A DNA stretch of 64,000 bases, taken from positions 74,805,358-74,869,357 of the forward strand of contig NC_057719.1 of NCBI RefSeq assembly GCF_004010195.1. The letters run 5' to 3'. This DNA is from Chiloscyllium plagiosum (taxonomy: Eukaryota). Shown here piece by piece: positions 39,300 through 51,339 of this stretch. Both the position numbers and the translations under genes were made by a program. How positions within the stretch are numbered: position 1 is the stretch's first letter; the number at the start of each line of letters is the position of its first letter. The notes beneath the pieces were generated by a model. The model searched no databases and had not been told where the DNA came from. It saw only the letters and a list, made by a program, of their open reading frames with translations.

Positions 39300-39925
39300 T
39301 CACTTGTCCCTTCTCATCGATCTTAATAGAATTTACTTTCCATTTCAACACACCCTCTTGTTCCCATGCTACACTACTGACCTGGGCCTGCTGAGATTTT
39401 TCAATGAGGCATCAATTCATGCTCCAGGAGCAACACCTCATTTTCTGCTTAGACATTTGACAGCCTCTAGGACTCAATATTGTATTCTACAACTTCAAAA
39501 CCTGACTTCATGATGTCTGTCCTCCATTTTTCTTAAATTCTCCACTCCACCCCACGACCTTGTATTGTTTGTGTCCTTTGTGTCTCATTTAGTTTGCTCT
39601 CAGAGAACCCATTTGCTTCTTTCACAACTTTAAATTTATACTTGTTTCACATTTTTGTTTCACATTTTTATTTCTCTTTTTATCCCCAATTAATAACCCC
39701 TTTGTCTTTCACACTAGGCTTCCACACCATCTGTTGCCCTCCACCTCTGTCAAAAGTGTGAAAAACACCACTCTCCAATCTCTCTCAGTTGTGGAGAAAA
39801 GTCTCACTTGATTTGAAATATTAACTCTGTTTCTCTCACCACGGCTGCTGACAGACCTGTCGAGTTTCTCCAGCACTTTGTCTTTGTTTCAGAATTCTGC
39901 CATCTGCAATATTTTGCTTCTATTA
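39300..39925 (+). mobile_element. Penelope-like element 3' remnant: endonuclease C-terminus and terminal repeat
   Basis: QEQHLIFCL...QPLGLNIVFYNF at about 39425-39497. The 3' part (gctgctgacagacctgtcgagtttctccagcactttg) is homologous to the arms of the 22115-22350 element. Confidence 0.6.
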
Positions 39926-40738
39926 CTTGCTACTCTGTGTTGACTCAGTGAGTAAATAACAGGCCCCATGAACCGGGCAGGTCAGCGACTTGACTCCTTG
40001 TTGTCATGGTATTAAAGGACATCAACAGCGGAGAAATTTTCAACAGTTGCCAGCTGAAGAAGAGAGAAGCATTGGCCAAAGCGTGGTCCCTAATTATTGT
40101 TGAGTCGGTGGAAAACTGCACGTTGACTCTTCATGGAGTCAGGGCCGTACACCGCTCCAGACTCCTTCCTCTCACCTACTCCCTCTCCCCTCCCCCCACC
40201 CCCCCACCGTTTTCTTCTCCTCCCCCATACCTTCTGCCTCATATTCCTCCATTGAATGGCCTGTCAACACTGTGTTCAAGCTCGCACATGAATGAAGAAT
40301 GACAATTCCAGTGAGATACAAGCAGATTGGTGGCATCCATGGCATCAGGAAGATGGGACAAAGAAAGTAAACAATGTGGGGGAGGCGGGGGTATATGTGA
40401 GTGGATTGGTAATAAATTACTTTTTCAAACTCTGCTTCATCCTGTGTGCAGACACATCAGTCAAATATCTATGACTCATGCTCAGTATTTGACATTCATA
40501 CTTCCAATTTTGAAAATTCTTTTTAACCAACGTCTCTGAGTCTGTGGCAGATGGGACTTGAACCCTGATGGTTAGACTTTTCTTTAATGTCCAAAAGTGC
40601 TCTTACACACAACTGAAATAATTTTGTCCCCCATCACCCATGGTATCTTTTCATTTGTTAACCACCTCAACAAATCATCCATATTTTCCAATTGATTAAT
40701 TTCCATACAAAGCCTATTAAGGGCAATGCAGTATTTTT

Positions 40739-41095
40739 GGGGGAGGCAATGTCCTAGTGGTATTACCGCTGGAGTGTTAACCCAGAGACCCAGATAATGT
40801 TCTGGAGAGCCGGGTTTGAATCCCACCATGGTAAATGGTGAAATTTGAATTCAGTTAAAAACAATCTGGAGTTAAATTTCTAATGGTGACCAGGAATCTG
40901 TTATCAATTGAGAAAAGCCCATCTGGTTCATTAATGCCCTTTAGGGATGGAAACTGCCATCCTTACCTGGTCTGGCCTACATGCGACTCCAGATCCACAG
41001 CAATATGGTTGACTCTTAACTGCTCTCTGGGCAATTAGGGATGGGCAATAAATGCTGGCCTTGCTGGAGACAGACTCCACTAATGAATAAAGAAG
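40739..41095 (+). mobile_element. Second tRNA-derived SINE family, near full length
   Basis: ggggaggcaatgtcctagtgg, B box gggtttgaatccc, and tail gcaattagggatgggcaataaatgctggcc. Confidence 0.75.
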
Positions 41096-43301
41096 GAAAC
41101 CAAAGGTTTAGGGGAGGTAGGTAAAGAGCTAGGGGCTAACTCAAAATGGAGTTGGAAGGGGCTGATTGATTGGACTTTATCAGATTTTGAATTGTTGCAG
41201 GGTGCCATCTTGTCCATTAGAAATGTGTGATTTAATAATTGATAGTATCTGGGGTGAAGATAACAAAGCTGGCAAGTCCCAACGTATGCATTTTGTGAAG
41301 ACGCAAAACTGTCTTCAACTGCCCAGAGACCTTAAAACGTGGAGGCGCAGTCTCAGGAGAAGGGGCTGAGCATTATGAACTGCAATGAGGAGAAATTACT
41401 TCAATCACAGTGTACTGCAGATAGGAATCTTCTGCCCCAATGATGAGCACATCTAAGGCTGAGGTAGGCAGAGAGTTTTGACGTCTCAAGGAATGGAGAG
41501 ATAGGAGAAGTGGACAGGAAAGTGGAACTTCAAAGAATTGAATTTCTCTTCTGGTTAGATTAAGAACAAAAGTTGAAGGTAGTTCAATGCTATTTTTTTG
41601 TGGTTATACCTTTGCTGCACTGATCCCTCAGCATCAGACCCTTTGCACAGTCAGTATTAAGTTCCTATTTGATTTTCAACTTGTCCAGTGTCCCAATGGT
41701 ATCTGAACACTTGCTGCATCATGGATCATAAGCTAAAACCCTCATTGTGCAGTTCAGCAGTGCACTGCATTGCTGCATTCACAGAGTCCCCTCGTCTTAA
41801 TTTGGTGCTCTGGGGAATTGCAGGTTAGGATTATTGATCAATGTTACTCCTGACCGATATCAGGGAGAATCTGTGCTGGTGGTGTATGGACTGAAGCGTA
41901 AATAAGGAAATGTATATTATTTTCTAAAATAAAATCAATTCCACAACAGTTATGTAATTCTTCTCCTTGTCAAACTTGGATAATACATTTTACACTGCAC
42001 AGTTGTTTCTTAGAAGTGCTCTTAACTCTGATATTACATAACAACTGCTTACCCTGTGAGAGATATTTGTATTTGCTTCATATATTACTGGGAGTAGTAT
42101 GATTTGGTATCTATGTGGTATGTTTGATTTCTTGAATATTGTGATGCAATTGTCACAGTGCCAGTAAGGCCTGTTTAAATACTGCAAATTATGAGGGAAA
42201 GTAGAATGGCTGTTAGACAACAGAGTAAATAATGATGTATTTTTGATGTTGATTGAACATTGGGTTTTGAGAAGTTAATTATGGTATACTTTGTAACTCT
42301 GACTGCACTTGCCTCTCTGTCACTGCACTGCTGTCACTGCATATCCTTACCCCTGAGCACTGTCACTGCATTAAAGGATGCATCCACTCTCTGATGTGCA
42401 GCTTTGTTAAATTCTGTTGTAAAATTGTATTGATACCTTGTTTGTTTTATGATACCTATGAATACTAGAGCAAACTTTCTATCTCATCTCACGGATTTGG
42501 CAGGATAAATTTTGACAGGAACAAATTTTAACAAATACTTCCAAGAGGGAAATGGGATGACAATCAAATTACAGTTTTGAGTTCAGTTTTTGATGTAATG
42601 TCCAGAGAATGCTAGTTTTCTGTATCAGACTGCCAGCATGCAGAAACAAGATGTTGTGTAGTGTGGGGGTATCCAAGATGTCTTTACAGCTCTTTGAAGT
42701 TTTCAGTTTTATTTCTCTGCCTTTTCTTTCAAAAGAAAATTAATGCCTTAATCTTCCCAAATACCAATAAGTAAATGGGATAATGGGCCTTACCTTCAGC
42801 AGCAGTGAATGAGCCAGGAGGGAAGAAAGGTTAGACCTGGTTGGTTAAGTGTGTCACCTTCTCCATCCCGCCCCCGCCCTTACCCCACCTCCCCACCCCC
42901 AACTGCTGCGTTCTGCCCTTTCCTCACCAGCACCACCCCTCAGCCCGAGCAGCAGCTTCTGTGGTCACTGCAGGAAGCAAACCCAATGACCAGAGTAACT
43001 CTTAAACCTGCTCCCTCGCCATTGGCTCATTTAATGTAGGACATAGAATGGCAAAGTCTGGAGAAAACACAGTGAAAATCTTGCCTTTGAATTTTCCCGG
43101 GAAATCAACAGTTAGTTATTGGCATATGTTGGTTCCTTTCTAACTGTTAACTGGAAAGCATTAACCTCTTGGTGAGTTCATCACCATTTGACCTCTTGTG
43201 AGTAGCTGGGGATGAATCGTTAGTTTTGATCCCTGTCAAGACAGCAGAGATGAGCTTTCTAGTAATCTGGAAAAGAAGCCTTATCGTTTGGGACCATGAA
43301 G

Positions 43302-43501
43302 TTTGAACCGTTGTGATATCTAATTTTGTGCACTTTGTTTTCCTCTTTCCACTTGCATGATCTCCTTCCTTGACCCCCATTTTTCCCTTTGCATGTATGC
43401 CTTCCACCTATTCACTTTTTCTCCCTCCATCCTTTCCCTCACCCGACAACTGCTGTCTCCATCACCATGCATGGCGTACCTCGTGGCATTGCCTAACCCA
43501 G
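43302..43501 (+). promoter_or_regulatory. Splicing control region of the NM exon: AG-exclusion zone, candidate distant branch point, long pyrimidine tract, three TGCATG motifs and CAC clusters
   Basis: No AG dinucleotide from 43302 to 43499. tctaAt has its A at 43323. TGCATG occurs at 43354, 43390 and 43468. Confidence 0.8.
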
Positions 43502-43582
43502 GACCATTCTGGCACCCTCGGAGCAGAGGAGTTCAAAGCCTGCCTCATCAGCTTGGGGTACGATATTGGAAATGACGCACAG
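43502..43582 (+). CDS. ACTN1: ACTN1 alternative non-muscle (NM, calcium-sensitive) EF-hand exon; 81 nt, phase 0-0
   Basis: cccag acceptor and CAG|gtatta donor. Translates [27 protein letters not shown], which completes the EF-hand loop [12 protein letters not shown]. Confidence 0.96.
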
Positions 43583-43657
43583 GTATTAACTGTTAGTGTA
43601 TAATGTGAAGTACTCCAAACTGGTACATTGAATTAACTAAATGTTTTTTTTTTCTCT

Positions 43658-44157
43658 NNNNNNNNNNNNNNNNNNNNNNNNNNNNNNNNNNNNNNNNNNN
43701 NNNNNNNNNNNNNNNNNNNNNNNNNNNNNNNNNNNNNNNNNNNNNNNNNNNNNNNNNNNNNNNNNNNNNNNNNNNNNNNNNNNNNNNNNNNNNNNNNNNN
43801 NNNNNNNNNNNNNNNNNNNNNNNNNNNNNNNNNNNNNNNNNNNNNNNNNNNNNNNNNNNNNNNNNNNNNNNNNNNNNNNNNNNNNNNNNNNNNNNNNNNN
43901 NNNNNNNNNNNNNNNNNNNNNNNNNNNNNNNNNNNNNNNNNNNNNNNNNNNNNNNNNNNNNNNNNNNNNNNNNNNNNNNNNNNNNNNNNNNNNNNNNNNN
44001 NNNNNNNNNNNNNNNNNNNNNNNNNNNNNNNNNNNNNNNNNNNNNNNNNNNNNNNNNNNNNNNNNNNNNNNNNNNNNNNNNNNNNNNNNNNNNNNNNNNN
44101 NNNNNNNNNNNNNNNNNNNNNNNNNNNNNNNNNNNNNNNNNNNNNNNNNNNNNNNNN
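43658..44157. other. Assembly gap (500 N)
   Basis: Run of exactly 500 N; the round number suggests the true length is unknown. Confidence 0.99.
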
Positions 44158-44800
44158 TAGGATAGTGAAGAAGGCATTTGGTATGCTTTCCTTTATTGGT
44201 CAGAGTATTGAGTACAGGAGGTGGGAGGTCATGTTGCGGCTGTACAGGACATTGGACGTTTGGAATATTGCGTGCAATTCTGGTGTCCTTCTTATCAGAA
44301 GGATGTTGTGAAACTTGAAAGGGTTTAGAAAAGATTTACAAGAATGTTGCCAAGTTTGGAGGATTTGAGCAATAGAGAGAGGTTGAACAGGCTGGGGCTG
44401 TTTTCCCTGGAGTGTCAGATGCTGAGGGGTGGCCTTAGAGAGGTTTATAAAATCATGAGGGGCATGGATAGGATAAATAGACAAAGTCTCTTCCCTGGGG
44501 TGGGGGAGTCCAGAACTAGAGGGCATAGGTTTAGGATGAGTGAGGGAAGATATAAAAGAGACCTAAGGGGCAACTTGTTCACGCAGAGGGTGGTACGTGT
44601 ATGGAATGAGCTGTCAGAGGAGGCGAGCAAAATTGCAACATTTAAGAGGCATTTGGATGGGTATATGAATAGGAAGGGTTTGGAGGGATATGGGCCGGGT
44701 CCTCGCAGGTGAGACTAGATTAGGTTGGGATATCTGGTCAGCACGGACAAGTTGGACCGAAGGGTCTGTTTCCATTCTGTACATCTCTATGATTCTATGA
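44158..44800 (+). mobile_element. Young CR1 (HER1-like) LINE 3' part, cut by the gap
   Basis: RERLNRLGLFSLE...LRGGLREVYKIMRGMDR; tail ctctatgattctatga. Confidence 0.92.
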
Positions 44801-45985
44801 CTTCCTCTGGCAGCTCATTCCATACATGCACCACCCTCTGTGTGAAAAAGTTACCCGTCAGGTTCTTTTTAAATTTGTCCCCTCTCACCTTGCCCTGTAG
44901 TTTTGGACTCACCCACCCTAGGAAAAAGACCTTGGCTATTCACCCTATCCACACCCCTCATGATTTTACCAACCTTCATAAAGTCACTCCTTAGCCACTG
45001 ATGCTCCAGTGAAAAAAAACCCCTGCCTATTCAGCCTCTCCCTATAGCTCAAACTATCCAGTCCTAGCAACATCTTTGTAAATCTTTTTGGCACCTGCAT
45101 AAGTTTAGCAACATCCTCCTTATAGAATGGTGATTAGAATTGTACGCAATATTCTAAAAGTGGCCTCACCAATCTCCTGTACAGCTGCATCATAATATTT
45201 AAATTCTTATACTCAAAGTTCTGATCAATGAAGGTAAGCGTGTCAAATGCCTTCTTCACTACTGTCTACCAATGACTCTATTTTCAAGGAGCTATGTTCC
45301 TGCACCATAAGGTCTATTTACTCGGCAACACTCCCCAGGATCCTACCAATAACTGTATAAGTCCTGCTCTGATTTGCATTACCAAAATGTAACACATCAC
45401 ATTTTTCTAAATTAAACGCTACCTACCACTCCTTGGCCCATTAGCGCATCTGAGCAAGGTCCTATTGTACTCTCAGTTAACCTGCCTCACTGTCCACTAC
45501 ACCACAATTTTGGTGCTATTTGGAAACTTAATAATCATTCTCCTATATTCACATCGAGGTAATTTATATAAATGATGAAAAGCAGCAGATCCTTCAGGCA
45601 CAATATTGGTCACAGGCCTCCAGTCCAAAAACAATGCTCTACCACCAGCCTCTGTCTCCCACCTTCAAGCCAATTTTGTGTCCATTTGGTTAGTTTCCCC
45701 GGATCCCATGTGACCTAGCCTTACAAACCATGCAGAATCTTGTCAAATGCTTTGCTGAAGTCCATGCAGACAATGTCTACCGCTCTGCCTTCATCACCCA
45801 TCTTTCTCACTGCTTCAAAAAACTCAATCAAGTTTGTGAGACATGATTTCCCACACACAAAGCCATGTTGACTATCTCTAATAAGTCCTTGCCTCTCCAA
45901 ATACATGTAAATCCTGTCCCTCAGAATCCCCTCCAACAAGTTATCCATCACTGACATAAAGTTCAATGGTCTATAGTTCCTTGGC
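44801..45985 (-). mobile_element. CR1 LINE RT fragment, tail to tail with the preceding copy
   Basis: Minus-strand SQHGFVCGKSCLTNLIEFFE...DIVCMDFSKAFDKI. Confidence 0.92.
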
Positions 45986-46335
45986 TTTTTGTGTCATACA
46001 GGATGACAAAGGGAAATGGAGAGAGTGCCAGATAATCTTAATAATGTTCTTATACCCTCAAGCGGTATCACATGGGAGGTTCCAGTTCCTCAACTGCACC
46101 CTTGGACTGGTACAGTTGACAGCCAATTATAGCCAATCCAAAACATTAACCCTTTCACCAAAAATACACAATTGTCCAGACAGATCAAATCAACATCTCC
46201 TATAAACCTTTCTGATCAGCACCTTTTGATTTTTTAGGAGCAGGGTTTTTTTTTATTTGGTTTTGTTTAAAACTGGATGAAGCTGTCAGATGTAGCTACA
46301 TCAGGCTGTGAACAGGAAGGTAGGCCCCTCCTCAG

Positions 46336-46590
46336 CCTGGGCCCCTGGGCTTCAGCGATGGCCCAATTCAAATCCACCTCCCCCCCTTCCCCCAGGCACC
46401 GACGCCTCAGCATGGGCCCATTCCATAGCTGGGCTCTCCCAGTGAGAGCCAACTCCTCACCTGGACCCCTGGGCTTCAGCGATGACCCACTCCAAAACCC
46501 TCCCTTCCCCCAGGCCCCCAGGTCTCAGCATGGGCCCATTCCTTAGTCGGGCCCTCCCAGCGTGGGCTAAATCCACAGCCTAGACCCCTA
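46336..46590. repeat. GC-rich degenerate tandem duplication, about 2.1 copies of about 120 bp
   Basis: cctgg(g/a)cccctgggcttcagcgatg recurs at 46336 and 46460 and ctcagcatgggcccattcc recurs; a third unit begins at 46579. Confidence 0.85.
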
Positions 46591-46780
46591 AGACTCCCAC
46601 TCAGTGGCACAGCCACAGAGAAAACCTGAAAACAAAGCAACACTGTTTGCATTAGCCACTTTTCTTTGAAGTATACAAAGACAGGTTGCTGGTTTCGCTT
46701 GATATTTCATCTGGACATGCAACTCAAGAGGCGCTCAGTGAGGACTACTATCCACGAAATGTTGTGAATAGTCACTTTAC

Positions 46781-46913
46781 TGAAAATGTGTTGCTGGAAA
46801 AGCGCAGCAGGTCAGGCAGCATCCAAGGAGCAGGAGAATCAACGTTTCCTGCGCTTTTCCAGCTTCACATTTTCAGCTCTGATCTCCAGCATCTGCAGTC
46901 CTCACTTTCTCCT
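46781..46913 (+). mobile_element. Centrally deleted copy of the 12.1-kb palindromic element, with a 14-bp TSD
   Basis: TSD aatagtcactttac at 46767-46780 and 46914-46927. The left arm stops at aacgtttc and joins directly to ctgcgcttttccagc. Confidence 0.85.
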
Positions 46914-47109
46914 AATAGTCACTTTACACCAACTTTGCCCCTCCCTCCCCCCGTCAGAAGCGAGGTACCATCTTATCAAGGTCCCCAACGTTCACATGGC
47001 CCAATCAGGTTGATGAAGGTAATGAACTGAGTCCGTGGATTGGCCACCATCAGCAAGATCTGAGACATGCTCTTTCTGAATGTTGAGGAGCAACAAAGAC
47101 TTACTCACT

Positions 47110-47345
47110 TGGTGGAAGACAAGATATCCCCAGTGTCCTGAACAATATTCATCCTTCAATCAATGTCATAAAAACAACTACCTGATTATTATCACAATGT
47201 TGCTTGTGGAAATGTGCTGTGTGTAAACTGGCTGCCATCTTTCCTACATTGCGACAATGACTGCATTTCAGAAGTTCTTGATTGGCTGTGAAGTGTTTGG
47301 GACATCCTAAGTTCTTAAATGGTACATTGAAATGCAAGTTAATTT
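47110..47345 (+). mobile_element. Deu-domain SINE, 3' half
   Basis: cagtgtcctgaacaatattcatccttcaat...gtaaactggctgcc...gtgaagtgtttgggacatcct. Confidence 0.55.
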
Positions 47346-49827
47346 TAAGGCAATGTAGAACAGTTCCATGGGATTCCATCTCTTCCCAATAAATCATAAA
47401 TTATAACCTGATCTGAATTTTTCATTATGATCAAATGAGAACTTATTTCCAAATTGTTTCACATCACGGTTAAGGACTGAACTCACCCTGCTCCCTGTCT
47501 CCTCACACACCAGCAATACCACCACCTTTTGATCATTCATTGTAGAATTCACTTAAATGCAGATCTGAATAACGATTGTTTTGTCAGAATTAGAATGAGT
47601 AATCATGGAATTACAGTATTTGATCATTAGATCCCCACTGATCAATGTGTGCGTTTTTAAACTTTGTCGGGTTATTTTACGAAATAGTTTCCACTATTTA
47701 CACAACCCTTCATATTTTCACAGCTACCATCTTAGAACCAGGATTCTACAAAATGTTACAATCTCCTCAGGCGCATGTTGTCACTTTTTGCTAATACCAT
47801 TTAAAATTCTGATTGTTGTGTCTCACTGGTGTGTTGTATATTTAATCTACCTCAAGTCAATACAGAGATGTCACTAGTTTCTAAATGCGCAATATTAACA
47901 TGTCAGCACTGAAGCCTTTCCCAACTCAAATGGCTAATCATTTTGTGCTTTCTGTTAACTTTGCCCTGATTCCACAACCAGGCTTAACCAATCAAGCACA
48001 GTGAACATAGCTCAGTTATCAGACTTACTTCATCAAACACAGAACAATTGAACACTGCAATGATTAATGAAGGTGCTGAACTTTTCTCATGCATGGCAAT
48101 TGGAGAAGCTGTGATTATCTGATTTGGGGCATCGAGGCTTAAGAAGAGATTTAAACTGCTAACTCTAATAGAGTTAATGGTGTGTTCAATTGATAGGAAG
48201 TCAGTAACCAGAAGACACAGATAAGGTAATTGGCAAAGGAAATGAGTGAGAGATGTGCAGAATAGTGTGATCTGGAATGTTCTGCCTGAAAAGCATTCAA
48301 TAGTAACTTTCAAAAGAGAAGTGGATAAATGCTCATAAAGGAAAATAAAAATGAAATAGCAGGGCTACAGAGATTGATCAGAAGAGTAAGATTAGTTGGA
48401 TTGCTTTTACCAACAGCTAGTCCCTATGGGATAGGCTGAATTGATTGTCCTCCTTCTGTGCCATGTAATGTCATCAGTTTGGATCCTACTTAAGCCAAAA
48501 TGCTGTTGCGAGTGACCCTTTAATGATTCTATAGCATAAACTTTGTGGCCACAAGGAATAACATTATTTTAATCAGTCTGTTGATAAACACAAAATAAAG
48601 GCTTGTATTTAAAATTGGGAAAGGATGCATAGCTTTGGGAATGCTAAAAAAAAAATTAAAGTTTAAAATTTATGTTCAGTTCTTCCTGTCTATTTGTACG
48701 ACTGTTGCACAAAATTTGATAAAAGCCTCTCATAATGTTGGTTTTTTAAAAATCCACATCCTCAGTGCACTGGAAAGGCTCATTGCAGTCAGTTGCCACT
48801 CCATTCTGTCCTTCCGATTTGGCTTACAATCCAGCTAACTGCAGTTATTCAAAAAGTGGACAGTCAGAAAGCAAAAGCTGCCAATACCAGTCGATACCAG
48901 AGTAGAGAAGCAGCAAAGGAAAAGTAAAGCATTTGGCATAATTCCTCAGAAACGTGACAGCTTCCTCCGGTTTCAGAGTCATCACATTGACAGTTCTCTT
49001 ATTCATTGTGGACGTTTATTCCTCTCTCATGCCCACCCCTTTCCCCATCACCCCACCCCCCAACCTCCTTTGAACTTGGAGCCAAAAACCAGCTTTTGAT
49101 TCTGAAGCCTAGTTTTTAGCAAGATGTGTTTTATGGAGTTAGAGCCTGATCGGTTTGGTTTTTGAAGTCAAGTTGGCTACACGATCTCAACAAATAACTC
49201 AAATGGGAATGATTTTCTTACTATTCTCTGCAAGTTTGAAGCTTTGCCAGGTGGTATTGGGAAATTGCTGGCAAGCTCTTTCCAAATCTCCCTCTGACGG
49301 AGAGTGAACATTTGTTGGGATACTGCCAATGATTTCTTGCTGTGTGCTGTCTGTGGGTGAGACTCCCCGCTGGGAGTGCTCATTGAAACAGACACAGCTA
49401 AGGTGCCCAGGACACCTTGAGGCCATCAACAGGACAGATTCTCCTGTTGCTGACCCTTGTGTGCAGGGAATCTGGGAAACCCAAGTTGCAAGGAGGAAGA
49501 AGTTTTTTGTGAAACCATCGGATTTTCTGACTGGTTAAATTACTGGCTGGCAATTGGGCATTCTCTGCACCTTTCCACGTTGATTATCCACCATCTGTTA
49601 AAACCCCTTGAACTAAATGGTTTGCCGGGCCATTTCAGAGAATAGGTAAAGGATATTGCTATGGCTCTGCATTAGATGGAAACCAGATCAGACTGGGTAA
49701 GGGTGGCAGAGTTCCTTCCCTCAAGGACACTAGTGAACCAGGATTTTTAATAATAATTGACAAAGTTTCATAGTGAGACTAGCTTTCAATTCTGGTGTGT
49801 ATTAATTAATCAAATTTAAATTCCAGT

Positions 49828-50086
49828 TTAGATTAGATTAGATTAGATTACTTACAGTGCGGAAACAGGTCCTTCGGCCCAACAAGTCCACACCGCCCCG
49901 CCGAAGCGCAACCCACCCATACCCCTACATTTACCCCTTACCTAACACTACGGGCAATTTAGCATGGTCAATTCACCTTACCTGCACATCTTTGGACTGT
50001 GGGAGGAAACCGGAGCACCTGGAGGAAACCCACGCAGACACGGGGAGAACGTGCAAACTCCACACAGTCAGTCGCCTGAGGCGGGA
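49828..50086 (-). mobile_element. HE1-type SINE lacking its tRNA-derived head, inside an older SINE
   Basis: (tagat)n tail; body nearly identical to 54848-55154 but ending abruptly at gcctgaggcggga. Confidence 0.9.
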
Positions 50087-50334
50087 GTCCAGCAACATTA
50101 CCGCCACATCACTGTCTCCCCGTAATTGTTATTATGACAATATTAGCAGAGCTGAACTGACTCCACTCTTTGTCCCATGCCTGCATTGGTTATAATTTTA
50201 AAGGAAATATTTTCCCAGTTCATTAATACTTTATTGCGTACAGGTTTGGAGTGAGAAATAAGCTATCCAGTTCCTTAAGTCATCAACTAAAGTGTTAGTT
50301 TTAATGCTCAAACTCATTCAGGCACAGAGGTTTA

Positions 50335-51145
50335 AGTTAGTGGCAGATGGAGTTTAATTTGGATAAATGCAAGGTATTGTATTTTGGTAAAACAAACAAG
50401 GGCAGGACTTATACAATTAAATTAGGGCCTTAGGTAGTGTTGTAGAACAGAGAGACGTAGGGGTTCAGATACATAATTCTTTGAAGTTTGCAAAATGTAT
50501 AGATAGAATGGTTAAGACGGCATTTAGCATGCTTGCCTTCAATGCTCGTCTTTTGAGTACAGGAGTTGGGAAGTCACGTTGAGATTGTACAGGATGTTGG
50601 TGAGGCCTCTGCAGGAGTACTGTGTCCCGTTCTGGTTGCCGTGTTACGGGAAGGATATTATTAAACTGGACAGGGTTCAGAACAGATTTATCAGAATGGT
50701 GCTGGGAATGGAGGGTTTGAATTAAGGGGAGAACCTGAATAGGTTGGGACTTTTTTCGCTGGAGTGCATGAGGTTGAGAAATAACCTTGTTGAGGTTTAT
50801 AAAAGTTTGAGGGGTATAGATAAAGTGAATGGCAGGTGTCTTTTCCCTAGATTGCAAAACAAGGGGCATATTTCTAAAGTGAGAGGAGAAAGATTTAAAA
50901 AAAGTTATGATGGGCAATTATTTTTTCATAGAGAGTGCTGTGTGGAATGGACATTAAGAGGAAGTGATGAATGCAGGTACAATTGCAATGCATAAAACAT
51001 ATTTGGATAAGTACATGAATAAGAAAGGGTTGGAGGGATATGAAGCAAGTGAGGCAGGTGGGACTAGTTTAGTTTTGGATTATGGTTGGCATGGACTGGT
51101 TGGGCTGAAGGGTCTGATTCTGTGTTGTATGACGCAATGGCTCTA
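50335..51145 (+). mobile_element. 5'-truncated CR1 LINE
   Basis: agtggcagatggagtttaatt (WQMEFN), GLFSLECMRLRNNLVEVYK, and the 3' UTR. Confidence 0.88.
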
Positions 51146-51339
51146 AGTCCATGAAGGCCTAGCTCAGTCTCAAGAGCATCTCCATGTATCACTTATGCTT
51201 TAACTGATTGGGTAAGGCAGATTTCTCACTGGGTAGCAGTGAACTGCCAATTCAGGGGCTTATTGCTTCTAAAACACCTTATTCATCGGCCAATGTGCCA
51301 CACCAAGTTTCCTGCATGACAAAGGAGATAGAAATTAAG

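Noticed and set aside
38279..43501. Smooth-muscle EF-hand exon located upstream of the NM exon
   Set aside because: No KKTGMMD or FRACLISMGY-like frame with splice sites was found by eye in this intron.
43593..44177. ORFs of 194 and 174 aa
   Set aside because: Artefacts of translating through the N gap.
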